Below the pieces are notes generated by a model, which was not told the DNA's origin, searched no databases, and saw nothing but the letters and a program-made list of their open reading frames with translations. From sequence record NC_070963.1: 64,000 nucleotides of DNA. One strand, 5' to 3'. Every line of letters starts with the position of its first letter. The stretch's first letter is position 1. Below are positions 57,411-64,000 of the stretch, one piece after another. A program made the translations under genes and the position numbers.

Positions 57411-60400
57411 GACTACGAAACAGACATCAACATTCGTCAGTATTTTGCCGATGGAACTTACTATTTCACTCTCAAAGTGACTGATGTAATCAACCAAGAT
57501 TTCTATTATGAGGGTAGTGCTCCTACTCTTGAAGATGTTATGGGTTGTATCAAAATCTTCCTGAAAAATCACCAGAACTGAAATGACTAACTCAATCACT
57601 CCCAAAGTAGCATACATTCCTCTGGAATATCATATGTCTGTTGAAGATTTCTTGGAAGTCTGGAAGGATATGGGAATGGAAGATGAACCAACCCAAGAAG
57701 ATTATGATACTGCTGTTCTTGATAGGGCACAATCGTATTTTCACGATATGAGAGGAATGTTTGAAAAGTACATTCGTTTGGAGAATGCTTGATTATGACT
57801 AACCTTTCTACCGAAGCACAAGCAATCATAGATGCTGCTGATGAAGTATTTTCTCACGGAGGAACAATTAGAGAGGGCTTTGCTGCTGCTCTTCGTGTTC
57901 TTGCTGATAATGTTGCCCCTGAAAATTATGCCTGTTTTTCGGGGCATAGAGAATGGGATGAGGCACTTGAAACAAGAAATGAAAGTATTCGTGAGGCAAT
58001 TTTAGATATTGCTACTGAATTGGAGGCAAACTGATGAAACTCTACCGATACAAAAAAGACGGATGCCTCTACAATCTTTATGAGATGTTGAGGCCCTGTT
58101 ACCAACTCCAAGCAGTTCCCTATTTTCCAAATCAAGGTATTCTTGCTAAAAGTAAAAGGAGTATTTCTATGAATGACTTTGAGGTAGTTGCTGAACGATG
58201 ACTGACGACCTTCACAAAATGGAACAAAGGTTTCTCAAAGCACTCAAAGAACACAAAAAGAAATCTTCCAAAGACAAACAACCACCCAACACTTGTATCC
58301 CTGCTGTAATTGCTGCTGTATTATGACTAACGAACAAATCCTAAAACTTGCTAAATCCTGTGGGTTTGATACATTCGTGGGTGAAAAAGACGATGGGACA
58401 AACTCCGATTACTGGGAGTGTTGGGAACGACAACTCTTGAAGTTTGCTGCTTTAATCTACACAGAAGGTTTCAAAGTGGGTTATGATGAGGGTTGGGAAA
58501 GTAGTAATGTAAGCACCAAAATGAATACTTGGAGTTCTGATGATGACTGAAGAACAAATCCTTGAACTTGCAGAAAAACTAAAGTTCTGTCTTCGTGATG
58601 AAGATGATTGGAGAAATTGGAAAGTAAGTCCTTCTCTTATTCTTGAGTTTGCCCAAGAAATTCGTAAGCAAACGATTGATGAAATCCTCACTACATTAGA
58701 AGAAGTTCCTAATCCAGAAGCAAACCGAACAGCAATCAATCGTATTAAGGGTATTTGATTATGACTGACACCGAAAAACTCACACTTCTTCTCAAAGTTC
58801 TCAAAGACTACGCAGAGATGAAGCACTGCTATAATAAGTATGGGGATGATTTCGATCCAAATGATTATACTAGTGGTGATGTTGCCTTTGATACTGGTGC
58901 TGAATGGGGTGAAATTACCTTTGCTCGCACACTTTTAGAACAAATTGGTGTAGAATATGAGAACCCTGTGATGAAAGAAAATGCCTAAAATTGAACTGAA
59001 ACTTTCTTTTGCTCTTGGATTTTTTCTCCTGATTGCTCTGTATATTACTCTTATCTTCTTGGGAGAAGTACAAGAACGAATGATATACCAACAAGCATAT
59101 GCAAAGAATATGGAATGTAGAGTTGCTACTACTCAATCAAGAGGTAGTGATGTTGTGAATAAAGTTTGTGGAGAAATCCCTCAATTTGGAAATTATCGTT
59201 ATGACTAACCTTTCTCCACAAGCACAAGCAATCATAGATGCTGCCTATGCCCTTCCTTTGAGGAATGGACAACCTAACATTGTTGCTGCTCTCCGTGCCC
59301 TTGTGAGTAATAATGAGGAATGGGTAGATGGAACTTATATGGTAAAATCAGAAGACATTCTCAATATCGCAACTGAACTTGAAGCATTATGACTAAACTC
59401 ACAGCACTTGACTTATACATTCTCACAGATACTGTGCTACACTCTATAAGTCAGGATAATTATTGGACTGGTTCTTCTACAAAGAAAGGAAGAGAAGAGG
59501 TGCTCAAAAAACTTCAAATGATTATGAATGAAATGGAAGTAGAACTAACTGTGGAGAAAACTGATGCATAAGATGACTTATGAAGAATGGAGTGAAAAAA
59601 ATCCAATTGATTGGGATGAGATTGAAAAAAATGATAATCCAGATATGTTGGTTACTAAAACAGGTGTAGAAATGTGGCATCATCATCTATACTTGTGGGA
59701 ATGTAAGAAAGAAGAGGAAACAAATGACTGACCGCAACGACTTTCCAACAGAAGAATGTTATAATCCCGATGAGATTATTGTGCGGGATATTGATACTTT
59801 TCATATGGAGATGATGGGCCCTGATAGTATGTGGATTGGTATTACCCGCAAGGATGGACAGATTGACCACTTTAATGTTATAGTGAAGGGTAAGAAACTT
59901 GATACTCTTTGGACACCTCGCACAGGGCATATGGATCCTGATAAATTATGATTGATATGAACTCTGTAGCAAACAAAGTAATGCAAGAGTTTTATCGTTC
60001 TTGTTTGGGTAAGCAACCAACATTCAAAGACGATAAGATTGCTGTTGCTGTTGTTATTCGTGAGATTGTAAATCAACTACAATACTATCATTTTGGTGAT
60101 GGTGAAGATATGGTTGTGAGTGCTCGTGCTCTTTATGAACTTGCAGATGAATTGGAGGTATTGTGACTACCAGAGCACAAGAACTTTTAGATGCTTCTAT
60201 GGAACTCACCCTGCGACCACAGAAGGACGATCGTAAAAAACTGATTGCTTTTATTATTAATGAAGTAGCAGCACGACTTTGCACCGATTGGGCAGAAGGA
60301 CAAATGCCGCAAGATGTATTGTATGAAATTGCTGATGAAGTGGAGGAACTCTAATGTTTGGTATTGAAAAGGATTTCCAAAACCTAATGGAACAAGTTTA

Positions 60401-61530
60401 TGGACCTCTCAACAAAGATAAACAATTACCAGACACTATTGAGTTTGGTGGTGTAAAGTATAAAAGGGTAGAGGACACTCAAAGTTTTTATGATAAACTC
60501 TGGGGGTTGTTAAAAACTAAACTTGGTGATAGTGTTGAGTGTGATGAAATGGCAGACCGAGTGAGGGATTTGATTAGGGAGTATATTCCTAGTCCTACTA
60601 GAAATAAATTTAAGTCAGAGTATCTTTTAGGTTATAATGAAGCAATTCGTGAAGTAAAATTGAGGTTATTTAATGGCATTCAATAATCAAATTGAAGAAC
60701 TCAAAGGGCAAATCAAAGTGCTTGAAAAGAAACTTGCTTTGCTGGAACAAATTGAGGAACATAAGTCCCCAGTAGAAAAGGCATATCGGGATGTTTATGG
60801 AAAGTATCCTATCACCGATGATATGAGTGGTGCTGATATAGATTATGTCTCTTGGGATGCTTTCCAAAAGGGATATAATGCTGCTTATGAAGAAAAGGTG
60901 AGTGAAGAACCAGAAGAACAAAAATGGGATGCTGTCCGTGAAAGTGTGCGGTGGTGCGAAAAAAATCCCGACAAAGACCCATTAGATTGCTTGAAACCAC
61001 AAACACCAGAGCAAGTTGCTGATGGATTGAAAGAAGCATTCCGAGAAGCAATCAAAGGAGGAATTATTCCAGAGGTAAATAAACCTACTGATGACCTGAT
61101 TGATAAACTTACAAAGAACCCACCAGAGTTCTTGAAGTTTGAACTGGGACAATCTCTTACTGATTTGATTTATGATTGGTGGGAAGATATTTTTACAGTT
61201 CAAAGTGATATGGATATGGAAACTTCTATTGATGAGTTGGTAGAAAGAATCAAACAATGGTTGCCTAAACCTCAATCTGCTGCTGGTTCTCAATCTCTTG
61301 GAGTTGAGGATATGGTAGAAGGTTTCAACGACGCAATCAAGAAAATCAAAAGGAAACTACGATGAAAATTGTAATCACAGACAATCCACAAGACGATAAT
61401 TACATCTGGAAACTTTATACTGGTCCTGATGGTATAGATGATTATGATGGAGTTTGCTCATCATTAGGTGAATGTTTTGAAGAGATTATAAAAACTGAAT
61501 ACTGGAATGGTAGGAGTTATTACGGATAAA

Positions 61531-61596
61531 GACACTTGAACAACTGGAACAAGGGCACTTGAAAACAGGTGTCCTTTGCAGTATAATACTCTCATA
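61531..61596 (+). promoter_or_regulatory. early-promoter cassette copy 11
   Basis: GACACTTGAACAACTGGAAC, GGGCAC/GTGTCC stem, TTGAAA-17-TATAAT. Confidence 0.8.
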
Positions 61597-62343
61597 GACA
61601 CAAAACATTATGAAAGACCTTGAACTCGGACAAATGTTGTTTGGAAATCCCGCAGAAGAATATCCTGTTCCTCGTGAGAAATGGATGAAAGGACCATTTG
61701 AAATCTTGATGGATGCGATTACTGAAAAAACTGGAGATAAGAACTTTATTTACTCTCCTGATTTCTCCAACGACTTCTTTACTATTCGTTCTTATTACTG
61801 GGGAGATGATGAAGATGAAATGGAAAAACCCAACTTTGAAATCCCAAGTGAGAACTTTTCTTTGACTTGGTATAAGTATCCGTTTCGGGGTTCTTATTCA
61901 AGTGAGAAACTTACTCCTAAAAGGTGGAATGACCTTATTCAAAAATGTATTAAGAGTTTAGAGTGAGGAAACTACGATGAGTAGCAAAACTTATTTACAA
62001 TACGTTGCGATTCCCGCACTTGCATTTTTCATTTCTGCAATGGTGTCCTATAATCTAATGCCAGAGAGAACACCTCAACACAACTCTACTGTGTCTGGGT
62101 CTTCTGGTGAACTTAAATGCACTTCGTCTTGTGTGGTGAAAGAACAATGATTAAACTATTTCAGTTTCTATTGACTGGTTGTTGGCATTCGTGGGAAGTA
62201 TTTGAGAAAAAACAAATCTTTGATACTGGTACAAAAATCACGCACGATCAAGAAGAAGTTCCACTTCCTATTGCAACAAAATACATTATGCGTTGCAAAC
62301 ACTGCGGTGAGATGAAGGTCTTTGATACAATGAAGGTTTGGTA

Positions 62344-62400
62344 ATGGACTTCCCAGTATTCTTAAACAAGTGGATAATCGGATTTAAATCGATTAAATGA
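62344..62400 (+). pseudogene. truncated 5' fragment paralogous to the gene at 63339
   Basis: MDFPVFLNKWIIGFKSIK* versus MDFPVFLNKFIIGNKYL... Confidence 0.65.
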
Positions 62401-62407
62401 TGGTAGA

Positions 62408-62514
62408 TAAATAATAGTGCTCTAATGTGTTCGCATCCATAAGAGTGGAAAAGGTGTCTTCGGGCACCTTTTCTTGTATAAATAGTATTGCGAACACAAT
62501 TTAGAAGCAGAACT
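62408..62514 (+). promoter_or_regulatory. endonuclease leader cassette E
   Basis: TAAATA 62408; CTCT/AGAG hairpin; TGTGTTCGCA (62426-62435) complementary to TGCGAACACA (62489-62498); GAAAAGGTGTC-TTCG-GGCACCTTTTC; TATAAATA 62477. Confidence 0.8.
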
Positions 62515-63273
62515 ATGGTAAATCCTAATAGGTTTTATACTTACGCATATCTACGGGAAGATAGAACTCCTTATTATATTGGTAAAGGTAAAGGAAATAG
62601 AGCATTTTCTTCAAATAGGACAATAAACAGACCAAAAGACAAATCAAGAATAATATTTCTCAAACAGAACCTAACTGAAGCAGAAGCATTCAAGCACGAA
62701 AAGTATATGATTGCCGTGCTTGGTAGAAAAGATTTAGGAACTGGAATACTTCATAATAGAACTGATGGTGGAGATGGTGCTTCGGGTTCTGTTAGGAGTA
62801 AAGAATCCAAAATAAAATGTAGTGAATCAAAGAAAGGTGAAAAGAATCCTCAATACGGTAAACGAGGTAAGAATTCTCATAATTATGGGAAATCTCCTTC
62901 TGAAGAAACCAGAAAAAAATTAAGTGAGAGGCAAAAAGGTGAAAAGAATCACAATTATGGCAAATCTTTTTCCGAAGAAACCAGAAAAAGAATGAGTGAA
63001 GCACGAAAAGGTGAAAACAATCCTATGTATGGTAAATCACGTTCAGAAGAAAGCAGAAAAAAGCAAAGTGAATCACTTAAAGGTAAATATGGTGGAGAAA
63101 AACACTATCTCTACGGTAAATCACCTTCAGAAGAAACTAAAAGAAAAATAGGTGAGACAAATAAAGATAAAAAATGGTGGAACGATGGCAAAGAAAATAC
63201 TAAATTTACTGAAGAATGTCCTGGAGAAAATTGGGTTCCTGGTCGTGGAAAGAAAAAACTATGTGTCACCTGA
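62515..63273 (+). CDS. GIY-YIG-like homing endonuclease with NUMOD3 repeats
   Basis: FYTYAYLREDRTPYYIGKG, ILHNRTDGG, multiple SEETRKKMSE/GEKNP.YGK repeats. Confidence 0.85.
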   Translation: MVNPNRFYTYAYLREDRTPYYIGKGKGNRAFSSNRTINRPKDKSRIIFLKQNLTEAEAFKHEKYMIAVLGRKDLGTGILHNRTDGGDGASGSVRSKESKIKCSESKKGEKNPQYGKRGKNSHNYGKSPSEETRKKLSERQKGEKNHNYGKSFSEETRKRMSEARKGENNPMYGKSRSEESRKKQSESLKGKYGGEKHYLYGKSPSEETKRKIGETNKDKKWWNDGKENTKFTEECPGENWVPGRGKKKLCVT

Positions 63274-63325
63274 CGAACTGGCACGAGAAGACTTGATTTT
63301 TATTGAAATTTTGGTATAATATCTG
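63264..63325 (+). promoter_or_regulatory. early-promoter cassette copy 12
   Basis: GTCACCTGACGAACTGGCAC then TTGATT-16-TATAAT. Confidence 0.65.
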
Positions 63326-63338
63326 TACTACAAGAATA

Positions 63339-63674
63339 ATGATGGACTTTCCTGTATTTCTAAACAAATTCATAATCGGCAACAAGTATCTTCGGTACAC
63401 CAGTTTTGGGTGTTGGTTCCGTCTCATCAATCATTCTAATTGGAGAATGGACGACCACCAAAGATACTGGGACTTTTGGTTGAGTATAAATCGTGGGTAT
63501 GATGATATGAACTATCAACATAAGTTTAGAGAGTTCTGGGGTAAAAACGCAAAACCAGAACGCATTGTGCTATCCAAAGAAGACTTTGATGCTTTGGTAG
63601 AAAAACTCAACGAACCACCACAATATAACGAAAAGATTGCGAGAGTGTTACAACGAAAAGCGCCTTGGGACTAA
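63339..63674 (+). CDS. hypothetical protein, Trp/aromatic-rich
   Basis: ORF after promoter copy 12; C-terminal IVLSKEDFDALVEKLNEPP. Confidence 0.6.
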   Translation: MMDFPVFLNKFIIGNKYLRYTSFGCWFRLINHSNWRMDDHQRYWDFWLSINRGYDDMNYQHKFREFWGKNAKPERIVLSKEDFDALVEKLNEPPQYNEKIARVLQRKAPWD

Positions 63675-63699
63675 ATACACTATCATATGCAGTTGGGAT

Positions 63700-64000
63700 A
63701 TGGAACTGCTTCAAGAAGACGATATATTGCTTCGTAGAAAGGCAAAGAGAGTTGATAAGATTGATGATACTGTAAGAAACATTGCTGCGAATATGATACG
63801 CACAATGATTGAAAATAATGGTATTGGTCTGGCAGCAAATCAAGTTGGAATACTCAAACAAATCATTGTGGTTCTTGTCAATAATGAACCAAAGGTAATG
63901 ATAAACCCAGAGATACTTGATTTTTCAAGAGAATACTGTGTAATGAACGAAGGGTGTTTATCATTTCCTCAACAATTTTATGATATTCAAAGACCAGAAA
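63700..64000 (+). CDS. def: peptide deformylase (partial, runs off window)
   Basis: Hand translation MELLQEDDILLRRKA...GIGLAANQVG...MINPEI...EGCLSFP. Confidence 0.92.
   Translation, partial: MELLQEDDILLRRKAKRVDKIDDTVRNIAANMIRTMIENNGIGLAANQVGILKQIIVVLVNNEPKVMINPEILDFSREYCVMNEGCLSFPQQFYDIQRPE

Larger units (their letters stand above)
47830..63674 (+). other. array of about 55 small, mostly overlapping early hypothetical ORFs organised in promoter-headed modules
   Basis: All on + strand, frequent ATGA overlaps and ATGACT starts; modules delimited by the repeated promoter cassette. Confidence 0.75.

Noticed and set aside
32442-63325. Promoter repeats as a CRISPR-like array
   Set aside because: Irregular kilobase spacing, degenerate copies, each with sigma70 -10 boxes before genes.

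Overview
A 64 kb segment of a T4-like cyanophage (myovirus) genome. The host assignment is inferred from gene content and order. From 1 to 10.9 kb it carries an array of tail-fibre/receptor-binding genes, most paired with small chaperone-like genes. From 11 to 19.7 kb is a core block: glutaredoxin, a candidate nitrogen-sensing NtcA-box/glutamine-riboswitch/DUF4278 unit, thyX, phoH, exonuclease, gp33, gp59 and gp32. From 19.7 to 32.4 kb are baseplate and tail genes (gp53, gp48, gp2, gp4, tube-like, gp26/gp51, tape-measure-like, lysozyme+M23, gp5). Next come three tRNA genes with an HNH gene, two large fibre proteins, a flavin-dependent halogenase and an SF2 helicase. From 46 to 64 kb is a dense array of small early ORFs punctuated by a repeated promoter cassette, ending in a partial peptide deformylase. 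Eight free-standing homing-endonuclease-like genes are present. The most striking unexplained structure is a cassette upstream of five of these endonucleases: late promoter, two-hairpin small RNA, second late promoter. The first hairpin loop is complementary (8-13 nt, co-varying between copies) to the endonuclease mRNA leader. Other highlights are a HiPIP-like Fe-S protein with a T4-style capsid-targeting N-terminus, a -1 slippery site joining gp26 and gp51, an ORF nested inside a glutamine-riboswitch-like fold, and two tRNAs with atypical variable arms.
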